From the NCBI GenBank assembly GCA_964525495.1, contig CAZGHS010000005.1, positions 12,599-76,598 of the forward strand: a DNA stretch of 64,000 bases, given 5' to 3'. The DNA is from an uncultured Gammaproteobacteria bacterium. Its GTDB lineage: Bacteria > Patescibacteriota > Microgenomatia > JALYQM01. The first letter of the stretch is position 1, and every line of letters begins with the position of its first letter. Position numbers and translations under genes: made by a program. Below, piece after piece: positions 11,001 to 17,813 of the stretch. The notes under the pieces are model-generated. The model was not told the origin of the DNA and did not search any database. It saw nothing but the letters and a program-made list of their open reading frames with translations.

Positions 11001-12943
11001 ATATGGATTCGACGGGCGATTTCTCAATTAGAGATGGTACAACAGATATTATGGCATTCACAGATAGTGGTGCTGTAAGTATCACTCCAACATCCGGACA
11101 GAATCTCACCGTAACAGCGGCAGGTGCAGGAACAGTAAATGTTACAACTGCAACAGGATCACAAACATACACATCTTCAGTTGTATCAGGAACAACAACA
11201 ACTTCTGCATTTATATTCGATGCAACTGCAATTACAACAGGTACAGGTATGTACGTAACAACGGATAGTATTACGCAAGGAAATCTAATGGATATTTCAA
11301 CAACGGGCAATACGCTAACATCAGGAAATGTATTAAATCTAAGTTCCACATCAACAGCATTAACCTCAGGAAGACTAGCATCACTTGATTGGTCTCCAGG
11401 ATCAACAACAACTGCTACGGGCGATTTATTCCGTATTAATATCGGCTCAAACGGAAACGCAGCAAATCTATTCAATGTAACAGATAATACGTCGTCATTA
11501 TTCAGTGTGGCAGAAAATGGTATTACTTCAGCTGTACCACACTCATTCACAGCTGCTGGAGATGTTGCTATTGCCTACGACCTACAATTCACCAATCAAA
11601 CAGCATCATACATCAAATCCAATGCACCACTATACATAGAAGCAGGCGAAGCTTTTGAAAGCAACGATATTACAATTCGCTCATTCAATAGTGGTGGAAT
11701 AATTCTTGAAGGATCAGGTAACACATCTGTAAAGGGATCAGATGTAGTCATTTCAAGCGATGGAACATTGGATTCAACAAATATCGGCGGAACAGGTTTA
11801 TTGGCGTACGGAGCAATCTGCGCTGATGATTCTCTCGACAATGCTGACGATTGTATTGATGCTGCACGTTCAGCTGGAACTGTATACGGTATTGCTTCAA
11901 GTTTCGCAATTGACGACGTTGCTGAAAACTTCCCAACGCTTGACTCTTCTATCGAAGCTGCAGATATAGTTGCACTCGACTATCAAGAACCACTAGATAC
12001 TCCAGTAGCAAGCGACGCTGCACAGGCATATGAAACAGAGTTCGTAAAGAAAGCCACTTTATCTGATAATCAAAAGGTACTTGGTGCAATCTCCGGCAAA
12101 CCAGGTGTGTTACTCGGAGGATGGAGTCAAAAGCGTGATCCAAGATCTGTACAAGAAGTAGCCGTAGGTTTATCTGGGCGTATACCGATAAAAGTGACCT
12201 CAGTAAATGGCCCAATTGAGCCAGGAGATTATATTGCGTTGTCAAACACGCCAGGTGTCGGAGCAAAAGCAAATGATAAGGGGTATGTAGTTGGTATGGC
12301 GCTTGGTCGATACGATAACGCCGATTCATCACACATAGGCTCGGTCTTAGTTTTCTTACAAAGAATGTATTACAATCCAATCACATCTGAATTAGCAGGA
12401 GAAAACGAGTTAACTCCTGAGTCATTATCTTCTACAACAATGCCAAACCTCTTAGTTTCAGGAACTGCAGAATTTAGCGACGTAAAAGTAACAGGAGAGA
12501 TATTAGCTGGTAACCTCTCGATCACAGGTCTTGCAGCAGGGGGCGGAGCAGATGTGTCAACTCTAACTGGCCCATTACGAATACAACCAGACGCAGGAAA
12601 CAATGTTGAAATAATGGGCGGCAAAGTAATTATCGATACAGAGGGAAATATCTATGCGGATGAAGGAACCTTAACCGCAAAAACAATTTCCGCCGAAAAG
12701 ATCAATGTATCTGGACAGGGGAGCGATGCCTCCATTGGTTCAGCAACAATTGCAGCATGGCAAACACAAGTTACAATAGATTCATCCGCTGTAACAGAAA
12801 ACTCACAAATATTTGTAACTGCTAAATCCCGTTCACGACAACCACTCGCTGTAACAGCAACGGTTTCAGGTGAATCATTTACAGTTGAGATACCAGAGGA
12901 ACAAGAAGAAGAACTCGTATTCAGCTGGTGGATAATAAACTAA
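2063..12943 (+). CDS. Giant (3,626 aa) Thr/Gly/Ser/Ala-rich repetitive surface protein, fibre/adhesin-like, with an N-terminal signal anchor
   Basis: Single uninterrupted ORF. N-terminal hydrophobic segment ILVTVLVVLIGVPVTVSVGVAGL. Extreme T/G/S/A/D/N bias with many nested internal repeats, including recurring GNGGTG and TFTG/SGAKTF motifs. Non-repetitive roughly 390-aa C-terminal domain. Reverse-strand ORFs across it are low-complexity artefacts. Confidence 0.85.
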   Translation: MKMKKLHIGILVTVLVVLIGVPVTVSVGVAGLNKVNKLASSKTAKSTTGLEAVPLNGQVLQAATEATGASVINFNAPAIFNEPTRFNADIDASDNNLTLGEGELTASNVIYSIQGINGITVTGGQNAVISFTGLTGILAGDGIELTTGSTPTLTNTGVTSFQGESGAITLDEGDGIEISGTEISNDDPGTAQDIFKIIAVSGQNDIEADENNDTLTFVAGSNITLTTNDSGDALTISSAASAVSGWEDDGTDVRLSTITDNVGIGTATPGSKLHVVGTTTISSTLTLGGSMVLGSDTVNDLTGDGLAVSGSALTVNLTTSGSAGSTSSNSGLEVSTAGLTMIKGCADGELLKWDNTANLWECATDDGGTTGIINVQEGDVTVSASAGTLDFLGNDFALTESPAGEINVAIDYTNSNITRTNQNETITGTWTFSNVITANGGLTIAGGQSLTLGSDAVTDLTGTGITVSGGSLQTTLGTSVDLASAEVTGTLPVGNGGTGATSYTAGSVVFSNGTILTQDNTNLFWDDTNNRLGIGDNSPNSALTIGASDAFQVNSSGAVAAATGISSSGNLNFTGSGTYTLANIASGASFSGSRIVGVSQTGVLTTVADGSDDQVLTTDGAGVYTWKDIGSILEPTNAFINNGNSFAASATLGTNDTNSLALETDGTTRITILATGNTGIGDASPASLFTVGSGDLFQVNSSGAIAAATGVTSSGTITFTGLGSGSGSTLCIDGSNQVVTCAVSPGDITAVGDITSGAAFDGTQGNTLYFEGTSIDANEIALSGADATVDRTITLPDLSGTVALLENSQTFSGAKTFTAAMTIDGNLAINSSSTTIGDSGSDSLTINATILVGSPLVFEGSTADGNETTLTVTDPTADRTITIPDLTGTVALLENAQTFSGAKTFSAGLIVSASGASITGGIDNNSGGITEAGAISGVTTLSASSTVTLTGLGSGTGSYLCLDGSNNVVTCSGTTGDITAVGDVTSGAAFTQTAGNDGNNIYFEGSSADGNEIALTAADPGSDLTVTLPAITGTLASLAGSQTFTGAKTFNATTTFDGAIAANTDIDLTFAAAENMTLTNSSASTDQLSLSITGVTTDGVDAFAIAYTQADDADSTDTNSAVNIALTSSSGDADALYGLQFADFTSGSATETALRFGTGFDNILEIEGSTADANETFLTFTDPTSDRTVTFPDASGTVCLTSGNCAGVGGVGTITAVGDITSGAAFTQTAGNDGNNIYFEGSSADGNEIALTAADPGSDLTVTLPAITGTLASLAGTQTFTGAKTFNATTTFDGAIAANTDIDLTFAAAENMTLTNTSASSDQLSLSVTGVTTDGVDAFAIAYTQADDADSTDTNSAINIALTSSSGDADVFYGLQFADFTAGTATETAFRIGTGFDNVLEIEGSTADGNETSVAFADPTADRTVTFPDSSGTVCLSSGNCAGGAGGSKWTDSGTLTYLTDSTDSITIGSTSELAKLAVDGDADEIQLLIQGNGTQTSSLLVLETSAGTDQLTVSNAGALGLEGAISDITGATVEINDDLQVTGNDILDSGSTSRVTLGSNTILTNTTTTLSGTTTLTASSLATLTTAATLDMTATTTLNCTDCINFDDLSDSLSLDAGTTIALGTNTLTLNASGTGDVIFQDNGTPVLTFNDSGNTVWSLPAGNNIQIDGATADSTTTTGVVDVDVDSATDNNIGMSIDYQDTNTGASQTKYALRTDITIDTNGTGNDTVYGNYISFTQDDAAATAYGLYVTGEDRNYFSGNVGIGDSSPTAALTVGSGDAFQVNSSGAVAAATGITSSGTITFSGLGTGVVQSNGSGVLSSGALDLAGGASYITGVLPLGNGGTGFSTYTQGDLLYASAANTLSKLAVGGNTTVLTVAGGVPTWATATVAFNNISGGTNTTAAMVVGTGSSLNFTGSGTINASTLLGSTWASPGTIGSTAPNTGAFTSLTTSGNTSLTTGAGNDTTIGNATGTFELVSDALDISTTGALSGATGLSSSGNLTFTGSGTYTLANIASGASFSNNRLVQTTSAGVLSTIPDGSTPNQVLITDSNGNFSWTSAAGVIAPDSLDFTEFSDSMSLDASTSIAFDAAEVLTLNAATVDTTTTGGVLDMNIDAGNAAVIGLNVDFAQSNGATAATDAVAQRLTLSANDADGDMFGLQIVGAATTNAAAGSYEAALSIDNVEDTVASMTDAILITSSGVNNGVTDAIDISAANINNAINAGANFILMDGIRIFEGTTGTITIEDTAGNDLMTIADGGTVGNASITGTLAVLGSTIGLDSDADADNLIGTAAAGGAAASNLYWGNRLLCDATQVNCGWSAVGGNAPWTTTSNVVNLNTATDNVTVGSATNLAKLAVDGDTDEIQLLIQGNGTQTANLVVFETSAGTDQLTLSNAGALAIEGAISDISGTVLEVNDDLKVTGNDIIDSGDVTRISLGATTTLTNSATTLSGTTTLTATSLATFSTAATLDMTSTTTLNCTDCVNFDDMSDSLALDASTSIAFDAAEVLTLDAASTDTTTTGGVLDFNIDAGNAAVLGLNIDFAQSNGATAATDAVAQRLTLSANDADGDMFGLQIIGAATANAAAGSYEAAISIDNAEDTAASMTDAILITSSGVNNGVTDAIDVSAANINNAINVGANFISMDGVRMFEGSTGTLTFEDTSGNDLMTIVDNGTNGNVTITNNLSVTGTITANTDETINGLDINAGAISDATSLAISSAASTAIALTRSSAGQWMSFNDGTDAWGLYNTAGSPEGVLAANTGALSMDTTNGTLYVKTDDGDNTGWVNLATGGSSPWQTTSNVTNQVTSTDDVTVGSAVDLAKLGVDGDSDEIQFLVQGNGTQTAGLLVLETSAGTDQFTVSNAGAVGIEGAISDITGTVVEVNDDLKVTGNDIIDSGDTTRISLGATTTLTNTTTTLSGTTTLTASSLATLTTAATLSMASTTTLNCGDCIDFDDMKDSLSIDAATDINLGANALTIDMDSTGDFSIRDGTTDIMAFTDSGAVSITPTSGQNLTVTAAGAGTVNVTTATGSQTYTSSVVSGTTTTSAFIFDATAITTGTGMYVTTDSITQGNLMDISTTGNTLTSGNVLNLSSTSTALTSGRLASLDWSPGSTTTATGDLFRINIGSNGNAANLFNVTDNTSSLFSVAENGITSAVPHSFTAAGDVAIAYDLQFTNQTASYIKSNAPLYIEAGEAFESNDITIRSFNSGGIILEGSGNTSVKGSDVVISSDGTLDSTNIGGTGLLAYGAICADDSLDNADDCIDAARSAGTVYGIASSFAIDDVAENFPTLDSSIEAADIVALDYQEPLDTPVASDAAQAYETEFVKKATLSDNQKVLGAISGKPGVLLGGWSQKRDPRSVQEVAVGLSGRIPIKVTSVNGPIEPGDYIALSNTPGVGAKANDKGYVVGMALGRYDNADSSHIGSVLVFLQRMYYNPITSELAGENELTPESLSSTTMPNLLVSGTAEFSDVKVTGEILAGNLSITGLAAGGGADVSTLTGPLRIQPDAGNNVEIMGGKVIIDTEGNIYADEGTLTAKTISAEKINVSGQGSDASIGSATIAAWQTQVTIDSSAVTENSQIFVTAKSRSRQPLAVTATVSGESFTVEIPEEQEEELVFSWWIIN
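4994..6409 (+). repeat. Near-identical tandem direct repeat (2 x about 708 nt = 2 x 236 aa) inside the giant gene; a more diverged third copy lies upstream (about 4301-4993)
   Basis: Protein segments starting ITAVGDVTSGAAFTQTAGNDGNNIYFEGSSADGNEIALTAADPGSDLTVTLPAITG... (from nt 4994) and ITAVGDITSGAAFTQTAGNDGNNIYFEGSSADGNEIALTAADPGSDLTVTLPAITG... (from nt 5702) are roughly 95% identical over 236 aa. The nucleotide copies are also highly similar. Confidence 0.85.
6482..10970 (+). repeat. Dispersed intragenic module repeats in the giant gene: module M1 (LAKLAVDGD..DEIQLLIQGNGTQT...NCTDC.NFDD) at about 6482, 9122 and 10526; module M2 (SIAFDAAEVLTL...GVNNGVTDAID...ITGTL) at about 8317 and 9568
   Basis: Translated segments of 150-190 aa recur with roughly 70-90% identity at these offsets. 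Spacing between M1 copies is 2640 nt and 1404 nt. Confidence 0.8.
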
Positions 12944-15900
12944 ATATTTTAAAGAATATGTTTAAAAGAATTTTTAATAGAAAAAATAAGCAAACGAAAA
13001 TTTTTGTAACCTCACTTGCACTTGTTCTAATTGCCGGTGTAATCTTCATGATCTGGTATCCAACACGTGCTCGAGCAGCGTGGTTTGATGACAATTATAG
13101 TTACCGCCAACCAACATCTTTTACACACAACGCAGCACTTACCAATCGTCGCGTCACCATAACTATTGATACCGCAACGCTAATTACAAATGGCAAAATG
13201 CAATCAGATTGTGACGACACTCGGTTTACTGATAACAGTGGAAAAGTACTACGCTATCAATTAACAGGAGCCTGCAATAATGCTGCCACTACATATGATG
13301 TTGCTTTTCCAACTATTATCAACGGCTTAAATGCAGCATATATATATTATGGAAACGCCTCTGCTGCATCTGCAAGTGATGCAACTGTCGCTTCACTAAC
13401 AAGCTTGTCTCCAAGCGGGGGTGCAGCAGCACAAGGTTCAGAAGAAAAAGGTGAAACGCCAGTACTCTACTGGTCTCTGAATGATGCAACAGGGACAACA
13501 GTTCAAGATGGCAGTATAAACAATAACGACGGCACTCGTTCAAATGCAACTTGGAAAACACCAGATAACTGTTATGCAAATAGTTGTCTTCAATTTGACG
13601 GTTCTGGCGACAGTGTAAGTAAAACATATTCAAGTGATACTGAGCTCAACCCAGGCACGGGTGATTTTTCTGCAGAACTTTTCTTTAAACATCCAACCGC
13701 TATTAGTGCTAATGAATTTCTAGTTAGTCGATTTAGCGGCTCAGGTTACAAAATATATATGAACTCCAGTGGGAATATCTGTTTTGGAATAGATGATGAT
13801 TCAACCTGGACACCAGATGACGCTGCCTGTACAACAATCACCTACAATGACAATAACTGGCATTTTCTTTCAATTGTGAAGTCGGGTACATCGTCGATCA
13901 CCGTATATATAGACGGCAATCAACAAGCGCAAGATGCATCAATTGCCGCAACCGCCACTATCTCAGGATCCTCTCCAACCATATATCTAGGTATCGATTC
14001 TGACGGCACATCAAACAGTTGGAACGGATTTATCGACGAATTCAAAGTATTCAATTATGCAAAAACAACAGCGCAAATTAAATTGGATCTTGCCGCAAAA
14101 AATTCCTTAAACGGAGTAGCTCAATCTATGGGTGATCCTAATGCAAATAGCTTAACACAAGGACTAGTCGGGTGGTGGAAAACTGATGAAGGTTCAGGTA
14201 CTTCAACGACAGCAGATGCTTCAGGAAATGGTATCACCGGAAACCTCACTGCAATAGATAGTGGCGATTGGGTAGGAGGAAAATATGGTTTTGGACTAGA
14301 TATGGATGGCAGCGCAGAATACATTGACATGAACGACCCTTCAAGTGGAGTACTAGACTTTGTTGATGGAGTAGATTTCACTCTCTCCGCCTGGATATAC
14401 AATGACACGGTAACAACGGAAGATGTAATTATGTGCAAAAAAAACATTCCTACTGATAGTTCTGCGGGATATTGTCTGATGAGATATGCAAATGCGAATG
14501 GCGGTGTTATATGTCTCTATATAGCAGATGGAACAGACACATGGGAGATGTGCTCATCAACAACAGTGACAACTGCAGCTACTTGGAATCATGTTGTCGC
14601 GGTAGTAAACGATAATAGTCCATCCGAGTCAAATATTTATGTAAACGGTTTACCAACTAAAACCACGACATTAGGAACCATGAGTAATGTAGATTCTCTC
14701 GCGATTGGTGAAGATTTTAGGATTGGATCCTACGGATCAGGTAGTGCGGGGCAACCGTTCGATGGAAGAGTAGATGACACAAGAGTCTACAATAGAGCAC
14801 TAACTGCAGGAGAAGTAAGACAATTATATACTACACCACCACCACCTGTCGGTTATTGGAAATTCGACGAAGGCACTGGGACATCCGTAAGTGATTCAAG
14901 CGGTAATGGCGTAACCGCAACTATTGTCGACGGAGGTGGAAATGTCGGTAGATGGACTCCTGGGAAATTTGGTAAAACATATTTTTCAGCAGGAAGAAAT
15001 GGTTCTGCCGATACTATTAGTCTTGCAAGTTCGACCAATGTAGGAACCCAACACACGGTATCCTTTTGGGCCAACTTTGATACGTTCGAAGATGGATCAG
15101 GCAATGGCACCGCAGTTGTTGGAAACGGAACAGATGCAAGTGCTGGGTATGCTTTCTATATTGACAATACCAGTATTTATTCTCGTCCTGCAGCCACAAG
15201 TGCTGTTTCTATTACTAATACATTAAGCACAGACACTTGGTATCACATCGCAGTTGTCAGAGACGGTACAACGGTTAAATTTTATGCCAATGGCATACAA
15301 ATAGGAGCTACTCAGACACTAGGCGAAAATAACAACTATAGCTACGATAATCTTTCAAACTTTGAGGCTGGTACTCAAGCCTTTCCTGTCGAAGGGCAGC
15401 TTGATGAAGTAAAAGTGTATAACTATGCACGCACTCAAGCACAAATCATAGAAGACATGAACGGTGGACATCCGATCGTTGGCACACCGATTGGTGGACC
15501 AGTAGGCCATTGGAGTCTTGACGATGGAAATGGAACAACAGCCCAAGACAAATCTCCAAACAACAACGACTTAACATTATCAACTGCATCATGGACAAAC
15601 GACGGAAAATTAAATAAAGCTTGGAACGGAACAGGTGCACTATGGCTATCCCGAGCTGATGATGCTGATTTTGATTTTATCGCCGGTGCTGATTTCTCCC
15701 TCAGTGCTTGGGTCAGATCTGATAGTGCCAGTAATCCAGCTGCCGCAGAATATATAATCAGTAAAGAAACATCATCAGCCGGATACGCACTTTGGTTCAC
15801 AACCGGCGGGGAAATAGTCTGCGGTATCGACGACGATGCGTCATCCTTCCCCGAAGATTCTGCCGGAGATACCGCTTCAAATACCGACTATTATGACGCA

Positions 15901-17691
15901 ACCTGGCATCATGTCATTTGCGTCCGCAATACTGTCTCCGGAAGGCTTGAACTCTACATAGACGGGAAACTATTCGACGCTGATACCTCACTCTCGGCAA
16001 CAGGTGATTTATCAAACGCAGATTCACTCACAGTCGGCGATCGCAATGCTACCAACGACACAGACGATTTTAATGGAGATATTGACGAAGTCAAAATATA
16101 TCGCGCAGCACTTTCATCAACCGATGTCCTAACCGAATATAGTCAAGGGAAAATTGGGGTGCTAGGAGCAGTATCCACCGCCAGTGATGGTACAACAGCC
16201 AGTTTTGCCTCTGCTCGAGATTATTGTGTCCCTGGTGATACTTCTACCTGCGATGCACCGGTTGGTGAATGGAAATTAGACGAAAATACAAGCACATCAG
16301 CATTAGATACCAGTGGCAATGTCGTAACTGGGACATTCAATGGTAATGCTACTTGGGGTAGAGGAAAGTTTGGATCAGCGGTCAATCTACCAGATGGGAC
16401 GACTGATTTCATTAGTTTAGGAGATAATTTAGACATGGCAGATGGAGATGCCTTCAGCATTTCGTTATGGTTTTACCCTACTGCAGACACGGCACAATCA
16501 GACTTAGTTTCAAAAAAACTCTCAACATCAGCGTCTGATATAGGATACCAAATTACATGGTTTCATACTACATTTGGTGGCAATACCTGTCTCTATGCTT
16601 CTGATGGATCTGGAGCTGGGTCTGATCAATACGAAACATGTACTGCTGACAATACCACAACCACACTTAATACGTGGTATCATCTTGCAGTTGTATACGA
16701 CAACACATCAACTGCGGGGTCTGGGATCTATCTTAATGGTGTGAACGTGGAACATACTCCATATGAAGCATGTACAAACTGTGCTGCTTTGTCTGAAATC
16801 GGAACACTTTCAAACGCAAACACACTTCGAATAGGAGCTAACAGCGGAAGTTCAACAAGCTTTCAGGGTAGAATTGATAATGTCAAAATCTACAGATACG
16901 CGCGCACTCCAGCACAAATTGCTTGGGAATTCAACCAAGGAAAACCTGTAGCACTATATAAAATGGATGAGTGTTCAGGAACCACGATATACAACAGTGT
17001 TGTAAGCGCAACCAACGGATCCTCAGGTATCAATGGCACTTGGTCAGGATCAGGCGGAGGCAATACTGCAGCGGGGAGTTGTACATCTGCAAACTCCGCT
17101 CATGCCTGGTACAACGGAGCAACAGGCAAATACTCAAATAGTTTAGATTTTGATGGAAGCGATGATGTTGTCACGGTAACAAATACATCTCGAATCGATC
17201 TTAACGAAGCCTTAACACAAGGGCTTACTTGGTCCGCTTGGGTAAATCCTGATTCTGACGGAGAGGGGGATGCTGGCAGAATCTTTGATAAAGGTACGAA
17301 TACGTATTGTAGAACAGGCAATGAGTCTGGGGGGCGAGTCGATCTCATATGCAGACTTGATCTTACAACAGATGCCGATTTTACTGTTTCCTCCGCTATC
17401 CCCACTGGGCAGTGGTCACATGTAGCACTCGCCTGGTCAAATGACAGTGATGACGAAGTCACAGTCTGGGTTAATGGTCGAGCCAATACTTCATCTGCGA
17501 CATTTGCCGGCGATCCAGCTACAGACACCAGCAATCTATTTATTGGAAATAACAGTGCCGGGTCTGCAACCTTTGATGGCAGGATCGACGATGCAAGAAT
17601 CTATAGTTACGAGTTAACATCTCAGCAGATAAAAATGGTAATGAATGAGTCATCATCACTGCGGTTCGGACCGCAGACAGGGTCGCCGTAA
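12928..17691 (+). CDS. DUF2341 domain plus about six LamG (concanavalin A-like lectin/Laminin_G_3) domain surface protein, 1,587 aa, N-terminal signal anchor
   Basis: N-terminal TM segment then AWFDDNYSYRQP...DDTRFTD.SGKVLRYQL, the DUF2341 signature. Repeated LamG units with hallmark W[WK].DEGSGT..D.SGNG...L....W, FT.SAW, W.HV..V and FDG.IDDV[RK]IY.RAL. Start overlaps the giant gene by 16 nt. Confidence 0.8.
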   Translation: MDNKLNILKNMFKRIFNRKNKQTKIFVTSLALVLIAGVIFMIWYPTRARAAWFDDNYSYRQPTSFTHNAALTNRRVTITIDTATLITNGKMQSDCDDTRFTDNSGKVLRYQLTGACNNAATTYDVAFPTIINGLNAAYIYYGNASAASASDATVASLTSLSPSGGAAAQGSEEKGETPVLYWSLNDATGTTVQDGSINNNDGTRSNATWKTPDNCYANSCLQFDGSGDSVSKTYSSDTELNPGTGDFSAELFFKHPTAISANEFLVSRFSGSGYKIYMNSSGNICFGIDDDSTWTPDDAACTTITYNDNNWHFLSIVKSGTSSITVYIDGNQQAQDASIAATATISGSSPTIYLGIDSDGTSNSWNGFIDEFKVFNYAKTTAQIKLDLAAKNSLNGVAQSMGDPNANSLTQGLVGWWKTDEGSGTSTTADASGNGITGNLTAIDSGDWVGGKYGFGLDMDGSAEYIDMNDPSSGVLDFVDGVDFTLSAWIYNDTVTTEDVIMCKKNIPTDSSAGYCLMRYANANGGVICLYIADGTDTWEMCSSTTVTTAATWNHVVAVVNDNSPSESNIYVNGLPTKTTTLGTMSNVDSLAIGEDFRIGSYGSGSAGQPFDGRVDDTRVYNRALTAGEVRQLYTTPPPPVGYWKFDEGTGTSVSDSSGNGVTATIVDGGGNVGRWTPGKFGKTYFSAGRNGSADTISLASSTNVGTQHTVSFWANFDTFEDGSGNGTAVVGNGTDASAGYAFYIDNTSIYSRPAATSAVSITNTLSTDTWYHIAVVRDGTTVKFYANGIQIGATQTLGENNNYSYDNLSNFEAGTQAFPVEGQLDEVKVYNYARTQAQIIEDMNGGHPIVGTPIGGPVGHWSLDDGNGTTAQDKSPNNNDLTLSTASWTNDGKLNKAWNGTGALWLSRADDADFDFIAGADFSLSAWVRSDSASNPAAAEYIISKETSSAGYALWFTTGGEIVCGIDDDASSFPEDSAGDTASNTDYYDATWHHVICVRNTVSGRLELYIDGKLFDADTSLSATGDLSNADSLTVGDRNATNDTDDFNGDIDEVKIYRAALSSTDVLTEYSQGKIGVLGAVSTASDGTTASFASARDYCVPGDTSTCDAPVGEWKLDENTSTSALDTSGNVVTGTFNGNATWGRGKFGSAVNLPDGTTDFISLGDNLDMADGDAFSISLWFYPTADTAQSDLVSKKLSTSASDIGYQITWFHTTFGGNTCLYASDGSGAGSDQYETCTADNTTTTLNTWYHLAVVYDNTSTAGSGIYLNGVNVEHTPYEACTNCAALSEIGTLSNANTLRIGANSGSSTSFQGRIDNVKIYRYARTPAQIAWEFNQGKPVALYKMDECSGTTIYNSVVSATNGSSGINGTWSGSGGGNTAAGSCTSANSAHAWYNGATGKYSNSLDFDGSDDVVTVTNTSRIDLNEALTQGLTWSAWVNPDSDGEGDAGRIFDKGTNTYCRTGNESGGRVDLICRLDLTTDADFTVSSAIPTGQWSHVALAWSNDSDDEVTVWVNGRANTSSATFAGDPATDTSNLFIGNNSAGSATFDGRIDDARIYSYELTSQQIKMVMNESSSLRFGPQTGSP

Positions 17692-17770
17692 TCCATACCA
17701 AATGCAGAAAAACTAGAACACATCACTTCGCTTTAGTTACGAAAAATTCTAACAAAGTTAGAAATAGATA

Positions 17771-17797
17771 TTGACGTAATCGCAGTATTGATATAAA
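17771..17797 (+). promoter_or_regulatory. Putative sigma70-type promoter (-35 TTGACG, extended -10 TGATATAAA) upstream of the 17814 gene
   Basis: TTGACG at 17771-17776, TATAAA at 17792-17797 preceded by TG. The spacer is short (15 nt), but the extended -10 element compensates. It lies 17 nt upstream of the ATG in the only sizeable intergenic gap of the surface-protein block. Confidence 0.4.
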
Positions 17798-17813
17798 ACC
17801 ATAGTAATCATTA

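Noticed and set aside
2026-12624. About 20 reverse-strand and alternate-frame ORFs (for example 2635-3291, 4351-4911, 7618-8535, 9829-10479 and 10636-11550 on the minus strand; 7855-8295 on the plus strand) overlapping the giant gene
   Set aside because: They lie entirely inside a single long sense ORF. Their translations are low-complexity V/A/P/S strings, which is what the complement of Thr/Gly/Ser-rich coding sequence produces. None has a start or RBS context. They are artefacts.
2063-12943. Possibility that the giant fibre-like gene is a prophage tail-fibre gene
   Set aside because: No phage structural, terminase, integrase or lysis genes occur anywhere in the window. The gene is flanked by atp genes and other chromosomal surface-protein genes. 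The repeats are far longer than any phage fibre. The phage-like motifs more likely reflect shared beta-fibre folds.
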